DNA of 64,000 nt from Amoebophrya sp. A120 (lineage: Eukaryota > Protista > Dinoflagellata): assembly GCA_905178155.1 (NCBI GenBank), contig CAJINV010000005.1, positions 377,319 to 441,318 of the forward strand, written 5' to 3'. Below the pieces are notes generated by a model that saw only the letters and a program-made list of their open reading frames with translations, searched no databases and was not told the origin of the DNA. This document shows positions 46,462-55,953 of the stretch, in pieces (within the stretch, counting starts at the first letter, position 1; each line of letters begins with the position of its first letter). The translations under genes were made by a program, and so were the position numbers.

Positions 46462-48285
46462 TTATATATTTGAAGCGGTTTTTGCTGTGGTCAGCAGTTG
46501 TCTCGTCCACGAGTGAAAATACTGGCGCATAAATCGTTTTGCATGTTGCCAACTTGTCTGATACACGTCGGCATCAAAAATGTATGAGGGGCTGTGTCCC
46601 GAACCATGCTCACTTTGCTCCATAATAAAACAGGTAGGGGCGCCGAATGGACTCAATTGAAAGCGATTATCAGACAAATCGTAGGTGTCGTACGAAATGT
46701 ACTCACCGTCACTGGTGGGCGCAACGTTTCTCCTCGTTGCCTCGTTGTGTGCATCATCTGCCTGCGCGAACTTCTGGTCCAGCGCAAGTAGCAGCTCTGC
46801 CTTCTCGCCGTCAATGGTTGCGCGCATCTCCCGCGCTCCGCGCGATTCCCCGTGGGCGCCCAACATGTCAATCGCCATGAGCAGAAGCGCCTCGGGAACT
46901 CGGTCGTGAGCGTACTCGCGGATCGGTATATCGCTCGCCTTACAACTAGGAGCATTGACAACAGCCGCAATCACATCCCAGCGCTCGGAAGCGGTCCAGT
47001 CGTCGTATTCCCGCATGCACCAGAGAACCCAGAAGAAGAACTCGTAAACCTGTTTCGCCTTCAAGTCTCTCTGCGCTGCGTCTTCGTTGTCGGCGGGAAC
47101 GAAAAGCGGCGTCTTAGCGCAACTTGTCACGGCCGCGAGGAGAAACCGGCGCAGCCAACGAGCCAGTGGCTTTGCACCGAATGGCGTGCGCAAGATGGTG
47201 ATCCAGAAGTCATCAGTTGCGTACCGCCGGCTGTAGCGTTCCAACGTGATGTCTGTGAACGGAGGTACGCGGTTGTTAGCGTGACGACCTGCGCGGTTGT
47301 AGGTAGCGAAGCCCGCAAGAGTTTTTGCGAAATCGACACTATCATTACCCAATTTGTTCCAATCCGTAAGTACGTGGCACAGATCGTCTTCGTGCAGGTC
47401 GTCTTCAAGTTGCAGTTGGCATGATGCACCCTCTTCAATCATTTTCATCAGCTTCTGCCTCCGCAATGAGGACGCTGCGGGCTGGCGGCTGTGCGACGCC
47501 TTTCCGTTTCGGATAAAGAAGCGCCGCGGCTTTTCATAGTTCATTGTCAAGCCAAGCTGTGGGACCCCAAACAGCAAGACGACCGACCACCTCGGCTCCC
47601 GGCGCTGGAGGGCGCACTTGAGAAACTGCACCGGGTCGACGCCGCCCGCTTCATCTTTCTCGCAATTGTAGTAATACCAGCCCGCCCGTTCGTACTCGTC
47701 CAACGTGAAAAAGAGATCAGCGTTGGCGGCGGGAGTTTCGGCGGCGCAGAATCGCAACTCCGGGCCCTCGATTGCTACATGAAGCACATCGCCGTCCTGG
47801 AGATCATCCTCCGCAGAGAAGGCAAAACAGGGGAGAGACCCTTCTTTGCCCGGAGTGCTTTTTCCGCTGAGCTTCGAACTACCGGCGCTCCGTTGGGGTG
47901 ACGGATTTTCTTTTTCCCCGTGCATCGGACTGTCATTCATTTTCTGCCGCGGCAGGGGCTCTACCTCCTGGTCAGTCTCGCCGGAACCGTCGCTCGCATC
48001 GCGCGGCTCTGCAGGATCGTTCTCCTGAACGACCGAGTCCGCACTCGCCACATCGGCCTGCTTCTCGTCATCCTCATCCTGCAAGAACCGGTAAAATTGA
48101 ATCAGCACTGGGGGAATCTCATTGTCTTTGTCGTCGGTGGGGATTTTTGGCGCGACCTTGGTTTGCAGCTCGCGAAAGCGGTCCTTCTTGTTTTTCGACT
48201 TGTAGTTTTCGATGGAAACGGCGAAAGAGTCGTCTTCCGAGCCATCCAACGTCAACCGCCGGACGTTCACGGAAATGGTGGACAT
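46462..48285 (-). CDS. Hypothetical protein (607 aa)
   Basis: Long uninterrupted ORF; no family recognised. Confidence 0.7.
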   Translation of the reverse strand: MSTISVNVRRLTLDGSEDDSFAVSIENYKSKNKKDRFRELQTKVAPKIPTDDKDNEIPPVLIQFYRFLQDEDDEKQADVASADSVVQENDPAEPRDASDGSGETDQEVEPLPRQKMNDSPMHGEKENPSPQRSAGSSKLSGKSTPGKEGSLPCFAFSAEDDLQDGDVLHVAIEGPELRFCAAETPAANADLFFTLDEYERAGWYYYNCEKDEAGGVDPVQFLKCALQRREPRWSVVLLFGVPQLGLTMNYEKPRRFFIRNGKASHSRQPAASSLRRQKLMKMIEEGASCQLQLEDDLHEDDLCHVLTDWNKLGNDSVDFAKTLAGFATYNRAGRHANNRVPPFTDITLERYSRRYATDDFWITILRTPFGAKPLARWLRRFLLAAVTSCAKTPLFVPADNEDAAQRDLKAKQVYEFFFWVLWCMREYDDWTASERWDVIAAVVNAPSCKASDIPIREYAHDRVPEALLLMAIDMLGAHGESRGAREMRATIDGEKAELLLALDQKFAQADDAHNEATRRNVAPTSDGEYISYDTYDLSDNRFQLSPFGAPTCFIMEQSEHGSGHSPSYIFDADVYQTSWQHAKRFMRQYFHSWTRQLLTTAKTASNI

Positions 48286-48887
48286 TATTCTAGGATTTGT
48301 AAAAAAACCTGTTGCTCTACTTCAGCCGTCTTGCATGAATTTTTCTCTGCTGTTGCAATAAATTATATTTGAAAGGTTTGAATAGCCGAGAATCACGAGG
48401 ACGGACGTAGGGCAAACCAAAAGAAAATCAATTCTGAAGGACGAGGGTAAACGGATGTCGTTGCTATGTTGGTGTTTCATTTGCTTTGGAAGGATGGAAG
48501 ACATCAGACGCACCAATCAATCTTTGCAAAAACTCTCATGGCTACGACCCTTTGATAGGTGCGACAACAAAACAATAACTACCGAAGAAACGAAGGACTT
48601 ACGAATCTACGACGACGACGTTTTTTGCTCGTCTTGTCGATGCGAAGTTTCCGCCCAGCTACACTCTCTCGAGCAAGAACCCGGTAGTTTTCGGTCTCTC
48701 GCGCGAACGAAATATCGACCGAAAAGATGAAAAGGGTTGAACAAGAACACATCTGCTGCGAATTCTATTCATCCGACTCACAAGCAGGGTGTAGCTAAAG
48801 CCTATGACTTCGCAGGGCGGCAGCTACGGTCGAAACACATGCTTTTGATGGGGCTTGTGCTTGCGGAGTCGTCCGCGCTAAAAAGTG

Positions 48888-50420
48888 CTATGAATGAAAA
48901 ACGTTTCTCACAGGTACACACAGCTGTTTCACAAGGTCCCACGGCAATTTGTCCTGCGGTAGACTAACGACTTTCACTTCGAAAAGAGTATTCCACAGCT
49001 TGCCCGTGACAAACAGCCGCCCGGACTTTTTATCATACGCGATTCCATTGAAGACTTCAGCTTTTTGTCCCAGCTCGTGGTCCATGCGCAGATCGTACCC
49101 TAGGACGAAGCCTTTCACTTTCCCCGTTTCCGGATTCAGACGCGCAATGCAGTCCTTGCCGTAAATGTTGGCCCAAAGTTCACCGGGCGTCGTGGGTTGG
49201 GATTTTTGTCTTGAGCTAAAATACGACGTCCCACCAGCATCGTCTGACGTAGCTCCACTTCGAAACAACGGTGCAGAAATGAATTCAAGTTCGTTCGCCA
49301 TTTGAACAATTTTGTTGTGCTTGGCCTTGATTTTCATGCCCGTTACAGTGCGAACGCCCGTTATTCTTCGTGGCCGCCCAATGTCGGTTTGCAAACCTGC
49401 GGCAGCGTGGTCCTTCTCTACCTCAGTGCTAGAAGACGTGCGAGTCTCGTACTCGAGCTCCAGCTTGTACAGCCTGTCACCCGAATCAGTCGCGTAGAGA
49501 AAGTTCTCGTCGTTCGTCAGGCCCCAGCCATCCTTGTAATCGAAGTTTTTCAGCTCGAACGTCGCTATACGCCGGAAATTTTCGTCGTACTGGTGTATTT
49601 CAGCCTTCTGCCACACAAGTTGCCAGTAGAAGTTTCTGAAAAACGTCGCTCCCTCGCCGAACTCGTGTTGCGCCTGCTTGTATTCGAAAAAACTGGACGC
49701 GGCTGCTGCGGTCGCGGTGTCCACTTCATCTATTGCGTCGTCAGCAGAAGTAGTTGCTGTAGTGCTGCCCATGTCGATGCGTTTCAACAGTTTGCCGTCG
49801 GACAGCCGTCTTTTTTGCAACGCGCTTTCCCCGTAAATGCCAAGCGACTCGACAAAAACCAAATCATCGTCCGCGGGCCGGTCGGTGGGAGATGCTGGGC
49901 TCGCACCTGGTGCTGGTGATGTTCCGCTAATATTTTCGTCCACGAATAGCCCTTGCGTGAAACTGGTTTCCGCGTGCGGATAGGCTCTGATCACTTCCAG
50001 CTTGTGTACATAGTCTCGTTTCTTTGAAGAAGGGGCTCCTACCTTCCTCCTCGCAGTTCCCGATCGAGTTGCCGTGGCAAGTTCCTCTGCTTCCTCTTGG
50101 AAAAGGATATTTACATTCGACGGAACTTCCTCAAAGACGGGCGTTGCGGTCTTCGCGCCGAAAAACTGCTTGTTGAAAAAGTAAAAGTCCTCCAGTTTCT
50201 GTGGGTCGTGCCGGTACAGCATGTAGATAACGAAGGAAAGTAGGGAGAAAAAGAATCCGAAAAAGCTTTTCCAGGCGGTGATATGTCTGCTAAACCGGAT
50301 GGAGCCGAAAGGGGTGCGCAGAATGGTGAAGGAGAAGTAACCCTGAAACCAATTCCATCTGCGACCGCGGTGTTGCGTGCGAAACCACCGGGAAAGCGTG
50401 CGCCGAACGTGCTGCCACAT
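48888..50420 (-). CDS. Glutaminyl-peptide cyclotransferase (plant/bacterial beta-propeller type) with N-terminal membrane anchor
   Basis: YPHAETSFTQGL, ESLGIYGES, FGEGAT, GWGLT, NELEF, WANIY, VFNGIAYD and VTGKLW motifs. Confidence 0.9.
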   Translation of the reverse strand: MWQHVRRTLSRWFRTQHRGRRWNWFQGYFSFTILRTPFGSIRFSRHITAWKSFFGFFFSLLSFVIYMLYRHDPQKLEDFYFFNKQFFGAKTATPVFEEVPSNVNILFQEEAEELATATRSGTARRKVGAPSSKKRDYVHKLEVIRAYPHAETSFTQGLFVDENISGTSPAPGASPASPTDRPADDDLVFVESLGIYGESALQKRRLSDGKLLKRIDMGSTTATTSADDAIDEVDTATAAAASSFFEYKQAQHEFGEGATFFRNFYWQLVWQKAEIHQYDENFRRIATFELKNFDYKDGWGLTNDENFLYATDSGDRLYKLELEYETRTSSSTEVEKDHAAAGLQTDIGRPRRITGVRTVTGMKIKAKHNKIVQMANELEFISAPLFRSGATSDDAGGTSYFSSRQKSQPTTPGELWANIYGKDCIARLNPETGKVKGFVLGYDLRMDHELGQKAEVFNGIAYDKKSGRLFVTGKLWNTLFEVKVVSLPQDKLPWDLVKQLCVPVRNVFHS

Positions 50421-51067
50421 GATGAATGTCTTCTGTGTTGCATCTGCGTCGAGTACTTATGCGATTTCTCTACGCGACCGCGATCGGAGGCGAGGTGTAA
50501 AATTCTATTGGGAAAAATTACAAGCTCAAGCTTCTTACAGCGAGGAAACACACTGGACGAATATCTATCTTGGATCACGATATGACTAAAACTTCAGAAT
50601 CAGAAGTACTGGAGACTAAACAGGGAGCTCGCTTTACTCTGAGTGATCAACGCGTTTTGTACCTCCATGTTGACAGATCTTGTGGTGACCTTGACCGCTT
50701 TTTTGATCGCGATAGCCAGCCTGGAACACTTGTAATTCCCATGTATGCAACAAGCGGGTTGACAGCAGCAGTGCACCAGTATTGTTTATGTTGGGTTTTT
50801 GTTTCGTCAGACCATGTGGTTTTGCAAAGCGCATGCGAATGCTAAACACTTTTCCGGTTGCATTTGACAAACATGAAAAATGTGAGGGAGGCAGATTCAT
50901 CGAAGGACCCGGAGTGCCGCGGGCACCTACTTTTTCATTCATCTTACAGCCTTTTGCCCAAGAACTGTCATTGGTGTGCGCTGAAGCTCAAAGTCAAACA
51001 AGCACGTAGATCATACACAGAGCACGACTGGCAGCTATAATCACCACAACTATCGGTGTAAGTAGGT

Positions 51068-53530
51068 TCAAACCCTCGGCAAATCGTCCAGCGCTCGCTG
51101 TCGGATCCACGCCTCCAGCTCATCCTCTTCTTCCACCAACTCGGGGTGCTCGCGGAAAAACTGCCGAATCTCCTTCTGCAATTTCTGGTTCCGCCGCACC
51201 ACCTGCCCCGGAACCACCGCATTCCAGAAGCAGCCAAAACAGCCGACAAAACACCCCTCCACGACCTTCGGCTGGTACGTGATCCGGGCGTGGTTGCCCG
51301 GAATCGGGGGCCGCCCCTCGTAGACGAACTCGTCGCCGTGGATCTTCCACTTGCCGTTCTTCCTTAAATGTTCCTTCAGTGCCCATCTTTCGTAGCTGTA
51401 GGTATCTCCGAGCGCGGCGACCGGCTCCTTCATGGGTACGAGGGTTATGGGGCAGCAGAACCGGTCCGGGATGCCAACGGGGAGAAGAGAGTTTTGTGAG
51501 TCGTAGAAGTCGTCGGAAGGACTTGCGTTGGGCGGTAATTCGAGTTGGGGTGTAGAACTGGAAGGCAATGAAGCGCTTTCCTGCCCTCGTGAGACTGCAG
51601 TCACGCTTCTATCAGCCTCCCAGCTGCTCGCAGGACTGGCATCTTCTACTTCCGACGTAGTGCTATTTCCAGCGGTGGTGGAGCTGGCTGTCGACAAAGG
51701 GGAGGAGTCGTCCTGATCGACTGTGCTAGCAATATCAGTAGTGCTTCTACCTGACCCCGAGCTGCTAGAGATGTTGTTGTTCATCCACGTTCTACTCTGC
51801 CGCCGCCCCTTGACCGGTGAGCAGATTTTGTCCATTAATTTTGCGCACGCCTGACCAGTGGAACTGTTTCTCCGAAGTAATCCTGGACTAGTCCTCGTGG
51901 ACGAAGTACTTGGTTGACCAGCCGCGGTTCGCGCACTCTGCACGCTATCGAGCACGGCAAGCGGCAACGGGAATGGCGGCAGAACGCTGTGCTGGATTGC
52001 ATTTGCGGGGAAACGGTGGTTTTCGGCAGTGGAGTCGTTTTGGAGAATTCGTTCTGGCTCTTCTTGCGCGGGGCTTGTGGACGACGGGCTTGTGTACGCA
52101 GGACTGGTGGAGGACGGACTGGTCGACGACGTCGTGGGCAATGAATTGTCTATCTCCATCGGAACAACAGTACTAGAAGAACTCCCGCCTTCGCCGAGAG
52201 CAGCAGCCGCAGTCGTGTCAATCCCCATCGACCGCGCAATGGCCAGGTCGCTCCCGCCGTCATGATATCGACGAGTCTCCCGCGTGCCTGCATTTTCGCT
52301 GTCTTCTACCGCGCTTAAAAAACTCGCGGGCGGCGGAGACGAAGCTCTGCTAGTCGGAAAGGTGGAGCTGGACATTGTACTTACGGACAGCGACGCGGAA
52401 GAGGAATCAAGATGCGTATTCGCTGCACCAGGGTTCGGATGATCGATTTGGCGAGCCAGCATTCGGATGTCGAGATCGGGGTTATTCGTTTCTGGTGGTC
52501 GTTGTGGCATAATTGTGCCATTATTACGTCGAACAGCAGCATTATGCAAGAAAGAGCGCTCCAATTCCTCAAGATTTCGATTGACCAAATTGTTCGCTGC
52601 TATCAAATCGGCCATCTCCTGCTCTACAGCTGTCAGATGCCGCGAGATCGGATTGCTTCGCGCAAGAGGAATGGTGCGCCGCGGGGTCGTCGAGGCGGTT
52701 CTTGCTGGTGGTTGGGTGTGTCTCGCTCTGGAACTACTGGTCGGTAGAGCTGCTGCAGCTGCCCCTGCTGTGCTTGATCCAGCAAAAGCAGCGGCACTGC
52801 GTGGCCTTTCTTGTAAAGGAAGAACTACGGGCGCGGGCGTAGGTGTGGTCGCCGTTAAAGGTTCGCGTACTGCTGGCACATCGTCACTTGTAGGAGCTCC
52901 TGCTCCGATGGTTGGAGGTGTACCTTCCGGGCCCCTAGCAGGCAAAGCGTTGTTCTCATCTGGCAGAATGTGCCCCCGAACCAAAAATTGATACATCCAC
53001 CAGTCGCTATCTGCAAGGGCACGGAGGAGATTCGCTTCGTCAAACACTGCCCCAGTGGTGCTGTCGAAGACATCGTTTGCGGCGTTTTGGAGGCTCGTTG
53101 GAACAGGATCAACACGATTCGCAGCCGTTGCTACTTGGGACGATGGAGCAGAGGCTGCATCTGTATCTGGAACTGCGTCGAGATCAGAACTAGAAGAACC
53201 TGTTTCGACAACGCCGCTAGAGGCTGACGAGGACGGTACTGTGGTCGTAGTGGTCGCTGCAGAAGTTCTTGCAGTGCTACTCCTCGCCCCCCCAATAGCG
53301 GACGACAGTGGTCTCCAACCGTAAAGAGCTTCCAACTGTCGCAGTTGCAGCTGCCGGGAAAGCGCGGTCCGCCGGCGGAGGTAGGGCAACGCTGCTTCCG
53401 TTCCAGAGGGGAGAAAGAAGAAGTGGGGCAGGAACGATGAAAAGTGCAAAATTGAAAACAGTTGTTGTGAAACGAGAAAAAATATTTTATGGAAGTAACG
53501 CGAAGGCGAACATGGTTGACACTCAAGCAT
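51068..53530 (-). CDS. U-box domain protein with long S/T-rich region
   Basis: C-terminal IPDRFCCPITLVPMKEPVAALGDTYSYERWALKEHL...NQKLQKEIRQF; start codon uncertain. Confidence 0.8.
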   Translation of the reverse strand: MLECQPCSPSRYFHKIFFLVSQQLFSILHFSSFLPHFFFLPSGTEAALPYLRRRTALSRQLQLRQLEALYGWRPLSSAIGGARSSTARTSAATTTTTVPSSSASSGVVETGSSSSDLDAVPDTDAASAPSSQVATAANRVDPVPTSLQNAANDVFDSTTGAVFDEANLLRALADSDWWMYQFLVRGHILPDENNALPARGPEGTPPTIGAGAPTSDDVPAVREPLTATTPTPAPVVLPLQERPRSAAAFAGSSTAGAAAAALPTSSSRARHTQPPARTASTTPRRTIPLARSNPISRHLTAVEQEMADLIAANNLVNRNLEELERSFLHNAAVRRNNGTIMPQRPPETNNPDLDIRMLARQIDHPNPGAANTHLDSSSASLSVSTMSSSTFPTSRASSPPPASFLSAVEDSENAGTRETRRYHDGGSDLAIARSMGIDTTAAAALGEGGSSSSTVVPMEIDNSLPTTSSTSPSSTSPAYTSPSSTSPAQEEPERILQNDSTAENHRFPANAIQHSVLPPFPLPLAVLDSVQSARTAAGQPSTSSTRTSPGLLRRNSSTGQACAKLMDKICSPVKGRRQSRTWMNNNISSSSGSGRSTTDIASTVDQDDSSPLSTASSTTAGNSTTSEVEDASPASSWEADRSVTAVSRGQESASLPSSSTPQLELPPNASPSDDFYDSQNSLLPVGIPDRFCCPITLVPMKEPVAALGDTYSYERWALKEHLRKNGKWKIHGDEFVYEGRPPIPGNHARITYQPKVVEGCFVGCFGCFWNAVVPGQVVRRNQKLQKEIRQFFREHPELVEEEDELEAWIRQRALDDLPRV

Positions 53531-53840
53531 TTTGTAATTGATGAAATTGAAAAGCGGCAGCGGCAGGTGATCTTATGCGCGACGGCCACTTCAAAAAGAA
53601 AAGGGACAGGGCTAGTTACTACTAGTATTCTTCGGGTGTAATTACTGATCATGTTGGCAACAAAAAAGAAAAAGAAACAAGAAAAGAGGAATAGGAACTA
53701 CTGTCCGAACACTTTGACTTTTGAGTTTGCGACGTTGCAAAAAAAACCAATTTCGCAAGCACGGGTCTGTGCGTCGGTCTTCGAAGTAAAGTAATAGTCT
53801 TAGTCGCTTTATTCAAACGCTATGATGAAATTGGATGTCG

Positions 53841-55385
53841 TTACACAGCTGCGAGTGAAAACACGTAAAGCACACGGCTCACGTTTCGGTGCAAATGTTC
53901 GCACACAAGATCTCTTTCGGTACCTACGGATAGTGGGTGTGACTGGAGCGGTTTCTTGACGACAAGAAAGCCGTGGTGTTTATCATGCAGGGCACTGCAA
54001 GACAGATCCGCTTTGTCTTGCGCAACCGCCAATTGAAAATCGTTTTCCAACACGTTATCGAAAACTTCGGTCATATCGTCCATCAAGTCTTCCCGGTCGG
54101 TGCTAAGGTAGAGGTAACTTGTACTGCTGGTGTACTCGCTTGATAGTTGCACGTCGACGTCTGCTGCATCTGTTCTGTCGCTGTGTTCGCCGCCTGTATT
54201 TTCCGGCGCTGCAGGGGAGGCAGAAATAATAGCCTTCCTCATGCGCCGGTGCAGCCACGAGTTCGAGTTCGAACTTCGTTTTCTTGCGCCACTTGCTGAT
54301 GGACTAGAACGGCTTCGGTGCCGCTGCTCTTGTGCCACGAGTTCTTCTTGCTCCGCCGCGTCGTCACCTACTTCCGAAAGAACGGTGGAAGTGTCAGCAG
54401 CCGTGTCAGGCGTGAGGGTTGTTGCGGGGGAACGTAAGAACTCCCGTGTCGCGTCGTCCATCTTCGAGGAGCCTGACGATGGTGTTCTCGTTCTGAGCAT
54501 CCTCTCCAGCAACAGCTTTGCGAACTCCGGATCCACCAACCTCCGTCGCAAGTGTCGCGCTTTCGCCCAGGGGTCGGGGAATTGAATCGCGACAAAAGGG
54601 ATGTTGGTGTTCGGGTTGGCCTCAAAAAGCGTGTCCCAGTGCGCGGGGTTCTTGCAGTTCATGCTGCGGAAATGGACCTCGAGGTTGGTACCTGAGTGGC
54701 TGATGGTTTGTTCTTGTTCAGATGGCAGTACTAAGGCAGCATCAGTAGAAACATAGTTCGCTGCGTCTTCCCGCTGGTATCCCTTCGCTACTGCTTCTGC
54801 GTTCGCGGCTTGCACCAGGTCCGGCCGAAGTTCCAATCCTAGAAAACACGGGAAATTTTTTTTTGCGACTCTGTCCTTATCCCGTGTCGCGTGCTCGGCC
54901 AGGTCGAGAAGCCATCGTCCTCTGGCGCAGCCGATGTCGAGGAGGACGTCTTGCTGCGGTGTACTACTGCTTTTTTGCAAAACGAGTGGCTCCGGCGCAT
55001 CCCGCACGCTGTCCGGATTTTGCATCCGCTTGCAGCTAGCGGAAATTCGCTTCGTCGCGTCGTGCTGTATCAAGACGTCCTCAGCTGGTCCCGACGGTGA
55101 AGAAACCAACGCGCTATGTCTGGAACAGAGCCCGTCGGCGGAGACCAGCGCCGCGTTTTTACATCTGCGTTGCCCGTGGATCACGTACTTGCACTGGTTT
55201 TGGAAGGTTTCTGTTGCCACTGAAGCTAGGTATTCAGCCTGCTTCGCTGGGTCGTGAAGGAACTTGCAACTGTCGCCAAATGTGCACCGCCCTTTCTGAA
55301 ACCGCTTGCAATGCTCCGGTTTTGGCTGGACGGAGTCGGCGGAGAGGTGGCGTGCTGGCACTGGAATTTCTGCGCAGACAGCCAT
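53841..55385 (-). CDS. trmB: tRNA (guanine-N7)-methyltransferase TrmB/Trm8-like with N-terminal CCCH zinc fingers
   Basis: LLDIGCARG, FLGLELR, IQFPDPWAKARHLRRRLV, LYLSTD and TERD motifs; fingers CKRFQKGRCTFGDSCKFLH and CKYVIHGQRRC...LCSRH. Confidence 0.85.
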   Translation of the reverse strand: MAVCAEIPVPARHLSADSVQPKPEHCKRFQKGRCTFGDSCKFLHDPAKQAEYLASVATETFQNQCKYVIHGQRRCKNAALVSADGLCSRHSALVSSPSGPAEDVLIQHDATKRISASCKRMQNPDSVRDAPEPLVLQKSSSTPQQDVLLDIGCARGRWLLDLAEHATRDKDRVAKKNFPCFLGLELRPDLVQAANAEAVAKGYQREDAANYVSTDAALVLPSEQEQTISHSGTNLEVHFRSMNCKNPAHWDTLFEANPNTNIPFVAIQFPDPWAKARHLRRRLVDPEFAKLLLERMLRTRTPSSGSSKMDDATREFLRSPATTLTPDTAADTSTVLSEVGDDAAEQEELVAQEQRHRSRSSPSASGARKRSSNSNSWLHRRMRKAIISASPAAPENTGGEHSDRTDAADVDVQLSSEYTSSTSYLYLSTDREDLMDDMTEVFDNVLENDFQLAVAQDKADLSCSALHDKHHGFLVVKKPLQSHPLSVGTERDLVCEHLHRNVSRVLYVFSLAAV

Positions 55386-55953
55386 TTTGATGCCAAAGAC
55401 GTTAATACTGGTGTAGAAGAATATCCCTATTTATACAGCTGATTGTTATTCGATAATGCGCTGTTGAACATAAAAATTTGAATTTCACATCCTCACCGGA
55501 ACTACTGTAGATAAATAAACATACAAAGGAATCGACATACTCACGGTTCGCTTTGATCTCAAACTTACACCCAAGTATGATCGGAATGTTCACATTGATC
55601 AACTTCAGATCTTGTAGTTCGTGGAACGACTCGCCTTGCAAGTTCAATTTCCATAAAGATCGCCAGGACTGATTCCGGAAGACGAAGATCGTTGAAGTGT
55701 TTATCTGGTGAACCTGAGGAGCGTTTTTCTGGTGAACCTTGATCTATCGCTACTTTTCTCTTCTTTCTCCAACGCTCGAAATGAACACGTCCTGATTTTG
55801 CAAACGGAACACAGGCAAAGCGCCTCAGTCAAACTTAAAAAGGGTCAAACTTGACTTTGATATTACGTTTAGGTTTACGTGCCGCACAGAGAAGATAGAT
55901 AAGTCGTCGCGTCGTTGTCGTCAAGTGAAGGACATCAAAGATTTGTAAGTAAT

